Notes under the pieces: generated by a model
Databases searched by the model: none
What the model saw: the letters and a program-made list of their open reading frames with translations, nothing else
Told to the model about the DNA's origin: nothing
Source of the DNA: Rhina ancylostomus
Lineage: Eukaryota
DNA: 63,726 nucleotides
Assembly (NCBI GenBank): GCA_030265395.1
Contig: JARFYF010000052.1
Span: 109,406,423-109,470,148, forward strand
Direction of reading: 5' to 3'
In this document: positions 12,485 to 25,813 of the stretch, piece after piece
Layout: every line of letters starts with the position of its first letter
How positions within the stretch are numbered: the first letter of the stretch is position 1
Made by a program: the position numbers and the translations under genes

Positions 12485-13695
12485 CAAGGTACAAGTGAAC
12501 TTTATTTTTGATCTCATTACACAAACTGAAATAAACTCATTCCAAATAATCACCAAAAAAGCTTTTCTGAGTGAGGTTCTGAAATACAGTAACTTGGTCC
12601 ATCTGACAGGTTACTAATGTGCAACTAGGCACCCATAAGATCCAAATTGTACAAACGTTCACTCAGAAAGATGGAATGTTTTCAGCAATCTAGTTAATGA
12701 AGGTTTGTAGGTTGTCTACAACATCCCAATTGCAGGATTTCACACACACAACAAACAGGACGGGAACCCAAACAGAATTTCACAATTACAAAGAGTCATC
12801 AGAATTTAGTATAACAATGCTGAGATTATAAACTTGCTGAACAAAGGCTATAGAAATGAAATTAATGGATACAATTCTCTGAAATGCACACACTAATGGA
12901 GAACAGACAGAACTTAATACACTGCATTGATTTACTGTTCACCTAAACTCTGAGGAAAGATCCCTTTTCCAGCCCAGCAGCATGCCAATGACAAGAATAC
13001 AGTTTCCAACACATTGTTATAAAGATAAAAAATCCTAGACCATAATTTAAATATTGCTTTTTGTTCCCAGTAATATCAGTGCTAAGCTACCATTACATTA
13101 ATGGAAAAAATACAGAAAAGAACCATGCCTTAGAAAGGATTTGTACACCCCCACGTGCAAACCTTCTTCCCAAAAAAAAATTTTTAAATTTGATCTCTGC
13201 ATATGGAATAATTAAATCACAGATGTAAATATATTGCTTAATTCTAACATAATTATGAACATCTGATTAAAAATTCAGTTTTACATTCTTTTAAATCAAT
13301 CACTTATTCTTCTTACAGAGATGAAGGTAAAGAAATAGTCTTGTATTTCTTATGAATGACAAGTTTATAAAGAATCATGTAAAGATTTGTTCCTCCTAAA
13401 AATAGACATTTTGTATTTCTGCATCAGACTTAAATGCTCTGGTGATTTACTAATGATATGTCAAATTCCTTACATTCTACAAAAATAGCAGTAAGCATTT
13501 CAAAATACTCTGCTTTCCTAGAGACTTTTAAGTTACATTCAGATTTATTAATGGATGCCATTATATACAGTGGCAGGATTGTATGATTCCATTGATTAAA
13601 AACCATCATTGCACCAGTGATGCTGCTTGCTCTTTTAGATGAAAGTCTCATGATCTCAGCACATGGTAGTGAGCTCCTGTGCCTTGAATCCACTA
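12485..13695 (-). other. LRBA: Probable LRBA 3' UTR (~1.2 kb)
   Basis: AT-rich stretch with no recognisable repeat between the stop codon and a well-formed poly(A) signal. The 3' end is approximate. Confidence 0.6.
12501..12506 (-). terminator. Polyadenylation signal AATAAA (LRBA)
   Basis: tttatt on the plus strand. A T-run lies about 30 nt downstream on the minus strand (plus-strand A-run near 12464-12471), as expected of a U-rich downstream element. Confidence 0.6.
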
Positions 13696-13786
13696 TTAGT
13701 ACCTTGTTTGATACTCATGATGCCATCGATTAAAATCTATGTAAAACAGTACTATGCTTCCAGATGCCATACCAGTGATGATAACC
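13696..13786 (-). CDS. LRBA: LRBA last coding exon (91 coding bp including stop)
   Basis: (R)[32 protein letters not shown], followed directly by TAG. The HHEYQTRY ending is LRBA-type (NBEA ends HYEHQNRY). Acceptor tttaaatttag. Confidence 0.95.
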
Positions 13787-14609
13787 CTAAATTTAAAGAT
13801 ACACAGTTAATTACACAGAATATAATCCACATCAATTATCAGTTATTAAAATCTGTCCAAAGGAATAAAGATGATATTTGAGTTAATGCTTACTTTAAAA
13901 ATGTAAGACATCTTCTTCAAAAGTACTAGACATTTGGTGAATAATACACGTTACACATGCAGATAATAATAACTTCTTTAATAGTATCTTAAATTAACTA
14001 CAACGAAAATCTTGGATTTGACTGTGACATGCTAATGCAGATTTAGTGAGCCTACTTGGACAAAATATCTAAAATAGGAATTGATTGGTGCAGTGGATTT
14101 GATGCTGATTTTCCCTTGTGGTATTTTAATGTAAATGCACCTCTGGGCCAGAGAACATACATCATTCGCCTGTCGTATGGATTCTAAAATGACTTTGGAT
14201 AATCTTGAGCAAGTTCTTTATGGCAATGAAGCCACAGTAAGAATCTTCTCCTAAAGTAGAAGTAAACTGCCATCTCAAAGATTTTATAGGAGAGCTGGTA
14301 TGGGAAACATTACATCATCTTGATGAAGTAATGTTGCTCATCTGAGGTTCGGAATGAAGCACCCTGTTTACCAGAGTTAGTTATGACATAGTTATTCTGC
14401 ATCTAACCATGCCTAGCTGGTAAGTTTAATATCAAGCACATTTGCTTTAAATAGACTTTATTTTTACTTCAGGGTTAACAACTCTCATTGTGATAAGCTC
14501 CAAAAATTTCTTACAGCCAAATTAGTAAAAAAAAGGTATTTAAACATTTAATTTTCAAACCTAGTTATCAATATTTTATGACTGAAGGTGAGTAGAGGAA
14601 ATAACCTTG

Positions 14610-14702
14610 GAACACAAGAGAGTGCAGATGCTGGAGTCTGGAGCAACAAGACAAACAGCAGGTTGAGCAGCATCTGTGCTAGGGGGAAGGAATTGTTGAC
14701 AC
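14610..14702 (-). mobile_element. Short Penelope-derived module
   Basis: acacaagagagtgcagatgctggagtctggagcaac...gagcagcatctgtg...ggaattgttgaca. Confidence 0.65.
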
Positions 14703-14919
14703 TGCAGATGAAGAACTTTGTTTGGCCCAATTTAGTGCATTACATCTGATTAAAAATGCAGAAATCATTTCACAAAATTACCGATTCCTCTATAGACCAC
14801 ATGATTGACTGAAAATGCAAAATTACAAATGTTTAAAACATTCAGTTCTTACACTTTCGATCTGAAACAGCATGCTCAACAATAACTTGCATTAGGCTAT
14901 TTTCAAAGCAATCATCTGG

Positions 14920-15740
14920 AATGGCTTCTCCTATTACACCTGCACTCTTAGCTTTTGCCCAAGAATCTTTCCTTGGTCCCCTCTTCCTTTTCATCTATGT
15001 GCTGCCCCAAAGGAAGATTTCCTAAAAACATAACATCAGCTATCACATGAATGTTGACAATACTCATCTCCACCACACTGCCGACCCATTTGATCTTTTC
15101 ACGTCTTCTAAATTTGCCATTATATACTCCATATCAGTTTCAATTATGATTGATGCCATACCAAAAAAATCTTCCAAACTTTCTCCTCCATAACACAGCT
15201 CAACTCAACCTTTTCTGAACTCATTTTCATCTAAAACATTCATTTATGCCTTTGTTACTTCTTGACTATTCCAGCCTTCCTTCTCCTAGTCTCCAAGAAC
15301 CTTCCTAAAATCTGCTGGCCACGACCTAATCTGCACTGAGTTCCATACATTCATCAACCTGTAGTTGCTGACCAACACTGGGTACATGGTAAAGTAAAGC
15401 ATTAATTTTAAAATACTTTTTTGTAAGATTCATCCATGGCCTCGCCCTCTCCCTATATCTGTAATCTCCTCCTGCTCTATAATATTCCAATATGGACGGA
15501 CCTCCATCAATTGTGGCTTCTGGTACATCCTAATTTAATTATTCTGCCTCAAAACCAAGGCTTTGTGTTGACAAGATCCTCAGCTCTGGAATTTCTCCCT
15601 AAATCTTTTTGCATTGCTTTTTATTCTGAGAATGCTCCTTAAAGCTACTTCTGGGACCAAATTTTTGATCACCTACCCTATGTGTTTTAGTGTCAAGTTT
15701 TGTTTGGTAATTGGCCTATGCAGACTCCTGGGGTATTTTG
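14920..15740 (+). mobile_element. Decayed L2-clade LINE fragment
   Basis: cccaagaatctttccttggtcccctcttccttttcatctatgtgctgccc resembles PQGSILGPLLFLIYMLP. catttatgcctttgttacttc resembles IHAFVTSRLDY. Confidence 0.7.
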
Positions 15741-16215
15741 ATATCCTCTCTCTCTCTATTCTGCAATTAAAATCTTATTTTAAAAATGTAAGTTTAATTG
15801 CAGCATAAATTAGTAATATTGTATTTTAGACCCCCCCCCCAACTCTCTGCCCTTTAAAAGATAGATTAAACTTTCAGTAATTGCTTAGGAAATTTGTCTT
15901 TGGCAATGAAAATTAAGAGATGGTAAGGATGGTGGAGTTTTGTCTGCATCATTCAACCACACAAGTATATTCACATCTGGTCCCTGGGAATGGATAATAC
16001 TATAAATACATTTTTAAAAGAACTAACTGTAAAAATCAAATTACTTTTGTCACTTTAGTTTGAAACTATCTGGAATTTTAATATTATAAGCTTGGCACTG
16101 GGGTTTGATGCTTAAGTTTACGTAAAGACAATTTTAACAAAAGTACATGATTGACATTTTCTAGTTCCATAAAACAGGTAGTGCTTAATCAAGTAGTTTC
16201 TTTAAAATTTCTTAC

Positions 16216-16367
16216 CTCTGATCATGGGACATGGCCATGGACCTAATACCAGCGTCACACCCTGGGTAGGTCATCAGCTGTTTGAGGTCCCAGACCTGCC
16301 ACACAGCCACTATCCCGCTATCTCCCCCAGTGATGAGGTATTGGCCATCACGACTCAGTAGCATAGC
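16216..16367 (-). CDS. LRBA: LRBA penultimate coding exon, 152 bp
   Basis: [50 protein letters not shown](R). Acceptor ttcttctccag, donor gtaaga, phase 0/2. Confidence 0.96.
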
Positions 16368-19214
16368 CTGGAGAAGAATGGCACATATTACAACATAGCT
16401 CTCAGCTCATATCCACTTAGTCATCTGCTGTCTTTGGCTGCATCTCAACAGCTGGTATTTTTAAACAAGCTTGTATATTAACAGTATCACCCAGGGCTTT
16501 CTCCAAGGACATAATGTTCTCACTTCTAACAGAAAACTGACAGTTTTATTTTTCCTAGTATGTCAGTTTGTCACAACTGTAAATCATTAAGCACACTATC
16601 CTCATCTTACAACTTATACTTATTTTAAGAAAATGTGTCATTTTGGTTTCTACTGGCCAACAAATCAAAGGCATGTACATTACAAATAGCTGAGATGAAA
16701 ACATTCTTTGGTCAATGGCTGGGTGCTTTGACAAATGACACTGCTGTCCAAGTTACGTTCATGATATTGCAGTGCAATCACATTGCCTAATGCTACATTT
16801 GCTAACGGATGACATAATTCCCACCTCTATATTGTTTAGAAAATATAGAATGTCCAGTGATTGTGCTGTTCAATACCAGGTACATAACCAACCAGAATTT
16901 GATTGCCACTTGGAGACTAACCACAGCCTTTGTAGATCAAGTGCTTCTGTTGACTTTCTGAAAATAAAGTGCAGAATTTCTGAAAGTTTTGAGAAGTCTG
17001 AAGAAAGCAAGTGTTTTTACAACACTACCAAATTCTTTGCTAAATATCATAAAAATTAAAAAACAAAAGATAGCTGGAGCTAATGTGATTATTTAATCAT
17101 CAGTCCATGTCTCATTCTAGACTAAAAGTCAGATTTCATCTTATATAGTTGGGTGTTGTAATTCCAAGCATCAGCATTGTCAGTACACAGTTATGATATA
17201 AAACTGCACAAAGGCAGATGGTGAAGAAAATGATTATGGGCATAAAAAATCCAAAATATTTCAAATAAATGGTACTACTCATTGCTGCCAAACTTATAGC
17301 CAGTGCCACTAGAAATATAACAGCATGTTATAGTGTTGCCATGATATTTGAAAAAAATATTTACTTGTAATTACATGGCGCAATGGGTGAAATACAAACC
17401 ACCCACTTTTTTGAATTTTCATTCAAAAATTACTAAGAAATCTACTTTCACGTGAGAGTCTTGTGTTAAATACGACTTCTATTCTTGTTATTCTCAAATC
17501 ATATTCCAGTTGACACAGTTCCACTGTACAAACTACTGAAAGCAATTTGTGAGCCAAGTATTTCAAAACCTTGACAATCACTCAGATATACAGTATGTTT
17601 AGATCAGAGCACTGGATTTTGGCGAGGTTATTGAATCCAAAATATTACACAAAAGGAATAAATGAAATAAGATCAGAAAAATTGCAATTTATTTCTTCCA
17701 GTAATGGGCTTTGTGTTTTTGAGATTTACTATGTGGGAGTTTCACTAGATTGTATTTTTTTCCAGCACAATTCATCCAAAAATCGGAGAAACCAGAAAAA
17801 AAAGAGGAATTTTAATCCCATATTACATTGAGTACAAACTTTCCAAGTAAAATTGAGCTTGTTTAAAAAAAATATGAAAAATTGGCTCTGTACCAATGTC
17901 TAATTAATGGCCCTTATATATCTAATATTTCACAGTAAGAACATTTTTTTGAAAGTGACAATTTACATTATTACTACTACAGGAAAATACAATTTCAGTT
18001 TTACCTAATTTCAAAACAAAATGGATTTTGTTGAACTGGACCGAATGAAGAAGCTGAATAAGTAAGTTTTTTTCATACTAAAGTTCGTAAGATCAAAGAA
18101 AATAATGCATAGTTGAAACCTATGTTTGTAGTTTTTTGAGAAAAAATAATGAATTTTACTGTTGATATTAATGGTGAGCTTTACCCATTACGCAAACAAA
18201 ATTCCTGAGCAACAGAAAAAGCTTAGGATGCCTCAAGACCATTAAAGGAGCAATTCCCACCTAGATACCACAGCATTTCCAGTATACAGGGATTCTGAAA
18301 TCAACAATATACATGGGAAGAGAGTTCTTAATATGTATTCTGGATGAAAACAACATTCCTTAAAGCTGCTCCTTCCATGGAAATGAATAGACTGAACAAG
18401 ATAGGGCAGTGTTATGCCACCATAAACTGAATAAAAAACAGCTGCGAAACAGAACATTTGGTCAAAATAGCAGCATGATTGTAATGTTTCCTTATTTTAT
18501 TGGCTGTTTACCTTTTGATTGTCACAGGAAGAGGTTTAAAGCTACACAGGAATGTTTCCCTTAAAGGACCAGTCAGGAATAAAAAAAATCAAAGAAAGGG
18601 CACAAAGGAAATAGAGATATAAAGAGAGAGAAAATAATAATGCAAGGATAGATTTCACCAATGATGCTTTCGTTTGAAATAAACCAACCAATGTTATAAG
18701 TGTCAGTTGATGTAAATGCAAGTAAGACTGAGAACTTCAGATTAAAACAACAGTAAATCCTTGGTGGAAAAGTACACATTTCACAGTCAGAAAGGAAGTT
18801 TGCTTGTAATCTTTCTTTGCCATGTAAGATAAAAGTAAATTTGAATCCTGTCTTATGCCTTAAGATTGGCAGTATTGTAGTTGTCAGCATTCTGGCATGT
18901 ATTCCTTGCATGACATCTGAAAGGCACCTCAAAGAATTTCTTGTACACAGTCCATTACCCAAAGGAGTTCTGCATTACCCCATGAGTTCTCTTCATTTCA
19001 AATACCACCAAAAATGTCATTTTCACAGTCTTTGGGCAATCATTGTTTATCTCAAATACTCTTTAATCACATAATTTCTTTTGGCTTCAGAGCATGATAA
19101 ACCTCAAAAGCTCAAGGCTGCTCAGCTCCAGACTCCAAAAGGGCCCTTTTCAAGGGCACATCTGCAGATTCCTTCACAATTATGTAAAGTAAAATTTCTA
19201 GAGTTGAAAACACT

Positions 19215-19282
19215 GACACTTGCGGACTGCCCCCAGAACACTACGCAAAAAGGTGTATTTCAGTGCGTTTTGATGTACATGT
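19215..19282 (+). mobile_element. Isolated 3' tail of the V-SINE family
   Basis: gacacttgcggactgcccccagaacactacgcaaaaaggtgtatttcagtgcgttttgatgtacatgtgactaat matches about 2969-3050. Confidence 0.8.
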
Positions 19283-19864
19283 GACTAATGGAGATATCTT
19301 ATAAAAAAGTTAAATGAAATTTATTGTGCATTATATTTTATATCAACAGCAGATACATTTGAGTAAACAAAATCTTTTCCTTCCTAAGATTCAATACCCG
19401 GGCAAAACACAAAATCCTTGCTGAGAGCAAATAAGAAGCATTCAATCAAGGCAAAGGAATTTGAGCAATAATAAAACAAAAATTAAGAATTTGTCTAGTT
19501 CTTAATCATTTAGAGTACTGTTTCATGTTTTATTTACTACCTTTTATTATACACAATTATTTCAGGCACTCCTTATCGAAGCACGAGGACTGCATTGTGC
19601 TTAGTTTATACACAAGATGAATCATTGGCTTGGCTCAATGTCACTGAGAGACAAAGATGCCAACTTAAGCCCTCAATCCTGAACATAATACCTATATTCA
19701 AACTAATGCCATGCAGTAAATAGTGTCACTTTTTGAAGGAAATATTGAACTGAAGCCCCATGAGTCAATATAGATGAACATAAACAATTTCAAGGCAAAA
19801 AAAAGCAGGGAATTATTGTGCAAGCAAACATTCTTCCCTGAGCCACCAATACCACAAAAGTTTG

Positions 19865-20080
19865 AAAAGCAAAAAAAAACTGCAGATGCTGGATATCTGA
19901 AATAAAACATGCTAGCAGAGGAAATACTCAGTAGATCAGGGTGTCTCTGTGGAGAGAGAAACAAGGTTAACAGCTGTGAAATATATAAAAAACTGTGGAT
20001 GCTGGAAATCTAAAATAAAAACAAAATATGCTGGAAATACACAGCAGATCAGGCTACATCTGGGAAAAGAGAAACAGCTA
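19865..20080 (-). mobile_element. Two tandem Penelope-derived terminal modules
   Basis: Two direct copies of aaaactg(ca/tg)gatgctgga.atct.aaataaaa...aaatac.cag.agatcagg...ctg..gagaaac, ending at a gap. Confidence 0.7.
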
Positions 20081-22061
20081 NNNNNNNNNNNNNNNNNNNN
20101 NNNNNNNNNNNNNNNNNNNNNNNNNNNNNNNNNNNNNNNNNNNNNNNNNNNNNNNNNNNNNNNNNNNNNNNNNNNNNNNNNNNNNNNNNNNNNNNNNNNN
20201 NNNNNNNNNNNNNNNNNNNNNNNNNNNNNNNTAGACACTCATCTCTTATGTTGCATATGAAACATGGTCTGTGAGTTTGCCCACACAAGAACAATTGTGG
20301 CTATGCTGAGGAAGTAAATAATTAGCTCTGAAACACCTTGGGATATCTCAACCACAGGAAATATAAAATTGACATACAGGTTTTCTCTTCTTCCATTCAC
20401 AAATCTTGATTACAAAACAGTTTACCCCACTACTTGGGAGGTAAAAAGGAAAAACTTAATTTATTTCCCTCCATCCAGGCACTGTACATGCCTTTAACTG
20501 AATTGAATGGAGCAGTGAAGTAAAGGTGCAATATTGAGAGTTTATCAGAAAAATCCTTTTAAAAATTCTATTCAAACATTTTGCAGCATTGTTTATAGGA
20601 CTGATGTTAAACACAAAAATAATTCTGCTGACATTTTTCACTGTAAGTGCCAGTAAATTTTCAGGACTTCTGCATAAATTCAGAACTCAGTGCCTGAGCT
20701 CCCAGTAATTTCCTGGCTGCCCACAGCTGCTGGGACACCTTGGAGTACAACAATGGAGCAGCAGCTTGCTTAGATTCCATGCCAATAATGCTGGGGAATC
20801 TGCTTTCAGATCTTGCAAGTTCATTATTTTGTATGGGGATTGTGGGGTGACTTGGTCGTGGAACTTATTTAAATTAATTGGAAACTCCATGAATTTTCAG
20901 AGCTCTTCAGATTAAACAAGGTCAAGAAAGCCTTTGTGTGACATTTTTTCGCCAAAAGAATCATTGCCATTGTGTTGATTGGATTGAATCACAGCCAAAG
21001 GGAACTACAAACACCCAACTGCTCGTGACTCAGCACCTCTCGGGCTTTTGTGTGCACGCTGTGGAAGGCAGAAGTCCGAGGTGGGCTGGAGGTCGGAGCC
21101 GGTGCTTCTAACAGCCAAGCTGCTGCTGGAGTCACCATCAGGTCCAGCAGCTGAAGAATGATATACTGACAACAGGGACCAGATGCATCCCACACCCAGC
21201 CCTCAGCTCTATACCAGGGAGGGCTGCCAGACAAATAGAATCACTGACCCCTATGCTCGATTTTATTAATGTTTTTAATTATGTTAGTGTTTTTAATGTA
21301 TTTTTAATTAGCATTTAAATACATTTTAGATTTTAAAAAGTTTAAACATTTTTCACCTGTGTGGGGAACTCAGACAAGAGGAAAATATAGACAACTATAG
21401 ATTTTTTTCCTATTGCTACTCTTTTTAGGATCCCAACTAGCAGACTGGGTGTTGTACTTTTGTACCGGTGCTATTAACCTAGTAACTTAGTGTAACGAGT
21501 CAAATCCTGATGTGAAGCCATCAATCGTTTTGGATAACCTTGCTATCAAATAAAGACATGAGTGTGACAATCCAGGCACAGTTGATCCTGAAATTTCCCC
21601 TGACAAATGACTGGAGACTGATTGGCTGAACTGTCTCATTGGCCAAGTCAAAGTTCAATATAGTTGAATCCAACATCCTGGATTACTTCAATACTATACT
21701 TGAATATGTCTTGTTCTACCTGTGGGATAGACCTATCTGAGACCCTCATGTTGCTGGAGAAAGGGATCAAGGGGTTGAGGGAGGGCATACAGGGAAGGAG
21801 TGAAAATGGATAATGTGCTTTGGTCCAGAACTTATGAAAATTGGAGATTCCATGAAGTTTCATGGCTCTTTAGATTAAACAAAGGCAAGAAAACGTGGAG
21901 GACAACTACCATCTCTGTCCACGGTTAGCCAAAATCCAGTTACATTTTGGCTAACCATGGACGAATTAATATTCTTCCATGTTTAATACTGTTTGGAGAA
22001 AGCATCAAAATGGGTAGGAAACAGAATGTCCCTTGGGTTTGAAACATAAGCAATTGGTTAC

Positions 22062-22258
22062 CTTTGCAGAATCCTCCGTCTCCATCTTGGTCAGCAGCTT
22101 TCCATTTACACTGAAGACGCAAAATTGGCCTTTATCAAAATAAATAACGCAATGGCCTTCAGAGGACAACTGGATTAATCGAGGATGCAAGCAATTTTCA
22201 GGGCTCTCGAGGGCCTTCAGCAAGTCCCCATTCATTGTGTGGATCAGGCATGGACCCT
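22062..22258 (-). CDS. LRBA: LRBA internal coding exon, 197 bp
   Basis: (E)GPCLIHTMNGDLLKALESPENCLHPRLIQLSSEGHCVIYFDKGQFCVFSVNGKLLTKMETEDSAK. Acceptor ttag, donor gtaac, phase 1/0. Confidence 0.96.
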
Positions 22259-22364
22259 CTAACAATTCAGAAGAAAAAAGGCATTTTAAAGACATTTCCC
22301 TAAGCACGTAACCAACACCTCCAAGATTTCCTTCTATATGGCACATTCAAATTACTTACTTATT

Positions 22365-22795
22365 ACAAGGCAGAAGGCAGCCAATTAGCTCATAAGTACA
22401 TGTCAGTTCACAGCAATCCTATCAGCGGCATTTCACTCTTATTTCCTTGTGTCCTTGCAATTTGTTCTCTCGCACATGTCCATCAACTCCTCCATTGTTC
22501 ATTTGCCACTTACTTACACTAAGGGGTAATTTGCAGTATCCTATTCAAAAACCAGCAAGTCATTGGGACGTGGGAGGGAAAGGACCGATGAAGGGTCTTG
22601 ACTTGATACATCGACTGCTTATTTCGCTCCATACAATGCAGCCTGACTTGCTGAGTTCCTCTAGTATTTTGTGTGTATTATTTAGGAGAATTCCACACAA
22701 ACATGGAGAATGTGCAAACTCCACACAGACAGCACCCAAGGTCAGGATCAAACCCAGGTTCCTGGAGCTGTAAGGCAGCAGCACAAACTGTGCTG
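22365..22795 (-). mobile_element. HE1-like V-SINE with CR1-type tail, split by a nested Penelope-derived insertion (about 22582-22682, plus strand)
   Basis: V-domain atgtgcaaactccacacagacagcaccc and B-box region ggatcaaacccagg. The insert reads ccgatgaagggtcttgacttgatacatcgactg...gctgagttcctctagtattttgtgtg. Confidence 0.75.
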
Positions 22796-23749
22796 CCCTT
22801 CTAACTACATTTTTTTTTTACTTTTTACCCTAGGGTTCTACTGGCATTGTGCACATTATTTATTAACCCAACCTAAATAATGTCCCTTCTAGAATTGTCT
22901 TTTCAAAAAGAACATGTACTTTCTCATTTTTTCTAAATTAATAGTAACAGCTCACACTTTGAATTACTGCTTTCCTTAAAAAAAAGGTAACATGGCAAAC
23001 ATCATGTGCAAGGTAGTTACAAGTTCAAATGCATGTTACAACATAGTCAGAGCCAACTTGTGTTGGTATATGCTCTGCATGCCACAGGTTGAATCTCTAA
23101 GTCTGACCCAATGATCATCCTTTTAGACACAATGACAGATTTTGGAAAAGTTACACAATTAATTAGAACTTTGTTTGGGTCAGACATCTGGTAATTCTTT
23201 TATAAAAACATTTTTGAAAGCCTCTGGGAAAAGGTAATAAAATTTTTCTGGAGCAAATCAGCAGTAGGTAGAGTTCATTAAAAAAAGGTTTCTGTTTTCA
23301 CAGGAAATCACAAGCAGTGCAGGGATTTGGTATATCCAGGAGTGCAAGCCAGGGCATTCAGACCAAGCAACTATTTCTTTATTTTTTTTTTGCACAGTGA
23401 CACAAAACAGGACCAACATGATTTGAGCCCTTTGTATTAAATTTTACCTACTTTGATATTTCACTTGGCATATTATTTACGTAATTCATCTTCAAAAACT
23501 TTTACTATCCCTTTTCTGTATATCAACTGATCCGATACCGTAAGACAACTAATAATGCTAGTGACACAGCCCACAGGACACCTACAGATTACCCAGCTTC
23601 CAATTTTTTCTCTCTATCTGGGTCAAGTGTATAGAACTTACAGCATTCAGCTCAATAGGTCTAAAGCAAAAAGTTATACTTTAATTCTCTCATCCTGTCC
23701 CTGTACCTCTCATACCTATCTCAACTCTTCTCCTCTGAGCTTGCATGAA

Positions 23750-23993
23750 GACCGCACGGTAGTGTAGCAGTTAGTGTAACGCTTTACGGCGCCAGCGACC
23801 CAGGTTCAAATCTGGCCACTATGTGTAAGGAGTTTGTATGTTCTCCCCATGTCTGTGTGGGTTTCCTCCAGGTGCTCCGGTTTCCTCCCACGTTCCAAAG
23901 ACGGACAGGTTAAGAAGCTGTGGGCATGCTATTTTGGCGCCGGAGGTATTTCACTGTGTTTTGATGTACATGTGACTAATAAAGTTATCTTAT
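23750..23993 (+). mobile_element. tRNA-derived V-SINE (internal deletion in tail)
   Basis: Same head, V-domain and gatgtacatgtgactaataaag tail as 2786-3072. Confidence 0.88.
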
Positions 23994-24419
23994 ATTAAAG
24001 CTATTTGCTTCATTCACTCCGTAACAGTGTGTTCTTATTCAATTAAAGTTCTTATTCAATTATATTTCTCCTAATTTCTATATTTGGTCAGTTCGTGCCC
24101 TTAAATACCCATCTTGTCTTGTAGTTGAATTTCAAATTCCGTAAAGGTCATGAAACTTGAAAATATATCTAACTTTAGTTGAACTATAAAATTAAAATGT
24201 AAAATTTGTGATACTCTACAAATCACAAATAACAAAAAGAAAATGTGTAAAAGATAGGGCCACCAAATGATGCACAAGATAAACTCAAGTAATGATAGCA
24301 ATAGTTACTTTGTATAAGGAATTCCCAGGGTGACAAACACAATGCAAATACGTTAGAAAAAAAGATTTTAAAATATATGTTTCAAATAGAACTGGGGGAA
24401 GGTAAATTATAAACTAATC

Positions 24420-24550
24420 AAATGATGGAAATACTCAGTAGGTCAGCCTGCATCTGTGGGAAGAGAAATGAGTTAACATTTCAGGTCAAAAACCTTCACT
24501 GGAACTGGATAGATTAGATATGCGCATGTTAAAAAACCTAAGGTTGAGGA
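24420..24550 (-). mobile_element. Penelope-derived terminal repeat with hammerhead-like motif (24471-24506)
   Basis: Minus strand: AGTT-CCAGTGA-AGGTT TTT GACCT-GAAA-TGTT-AACT. Confidence 0.65.
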
Positions 24551-24724
24551 AAAACTATAGACTGAGAATAGTACAACTACTGTTATACCTATAGATATAA
24601 AAAATAGAGATATAGCGAGTCCAATGTAGTAAATTATTTTAGCTTATGGTTGGAGGAAAAATGATAGAATCGTTACTGAGCACATCTGAAAATCTAAATT
24701 GAACAGATTTCAAAATGCCAGTTT

Positions 24725-25000
24725 ATGCTTGCACAAACTTTTGACATTTTTTGAAGATGTAACAAAATGAGTAGACAATAGTAGTGCAAGAGATGCAATA
24801 TATTGGGATTTTCAAAAGGCTTTTGATAACATACTGCAGAGTAAGCATGAGAGAAGGGGGAACTGGGTTAAGTAGCAAAATGGACAGCATGCTGCATGTA
24901 GAATGGAAAACAGGGGTTAACAGTTGCTACTCAGATTAGGAAAGGCTGGAAAGTGTATTCCCCAAGTTGGCATCACTGTTGTTAACAGTTCGCATAAATA
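24725..25000 (+). mobile_element. CR1 RT fragment
   Basis: Translates approximately as TNFLTFFEDVTK*VDNSSARDAIY.DFQKAFD, a CR1 RT motif. Confidence 0.75.
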
Positions 25001-25711
25001 GTTTGAATTTGCATATTTAATACTTTTTGCTCAACATATTAACAATGCTGGTTAATACCAGACTGCAATAAAATAAAAGTCTACATAAATAAACTGTAAA
25101 ATGTGCATACAATGTGAAATAATTTTAATATCTAGTGTCTTCCCAGTTTACCTTTCAAAATTTTAAAGAACTTTTCAAAGTCACCCTTTTCTTACAGAAA
25201 AGAGCCTGAGGCAATTCATTCTTTTCACATCAGTATATCACCAGCATATCTGGTAAATCTTGTTTGCACCTTGGGGAATTCAGGAGACCTTAATCACTCA
25301 AGGAATGATTAGAATGTGAAATGTGCTATAAGCAGTGGTTAATGTGAAAGGTGTAGGTGAAGCTGGATAAATACACAGGAAAGAAAAGGAAGATATACAG
25401 ATAGGCTTATACATTTTGATCTGCATCTCCCAATCTAATTATAATGTTATTTGTCATAGTTTTCCTCCAGACATTTATATTTTCCCTCATTTTAGATTGC
25501 CGCAACCTCTGATTCCAACCCTTTCCACGTGCTCCATGTGCTATTCCATAACCAATCCATGAAAAGCATGATAAAATTACATTAAGATAGGAACCAGGGT
25601 TTTTTTAATATTAAGTAGGAAGATTCTTTGTTCTCTGCCCCTTAAATAATAAACAGTTGCACTTTGCAATAAAATATGACAGTTCAATACACATTCTCTA
25701 CCCATACCTAC

Positions 25712-25813
25712 CTTTAGAACCGCTGATAACTAAACCGAGTTCTGCACATACTGCAGCACAGCTAATCTCAAAGTCGTGACCCGTTAGGATAGCCCGAGGA
25801 GCAGCATATTCAG
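25712..25813 (-). CDS. LRBA: LRBA internal coding exon, 102 bp
   Basis: (T)EYAAPRAILTGHDFEISCAAVCAELGLVISGSK(E). Acceptor ttttcag, donor gtaggt. Frame joins both neighbouring exons. Confidence 0.96.

Noticed and set aside
13430-13693. ORF in the LRBA 3' UTR as a possible readthrough extension
   Set aside because: The coding frame ends in tandem stops TAA TAG, and the ORF has no recognisable similarity.
23750-23820. tRNA gene (A and B boxes)
   Set aside because: It is the tRNA-derived head of a SINE. I see no cloverleaf, and it continues into the V-domain.
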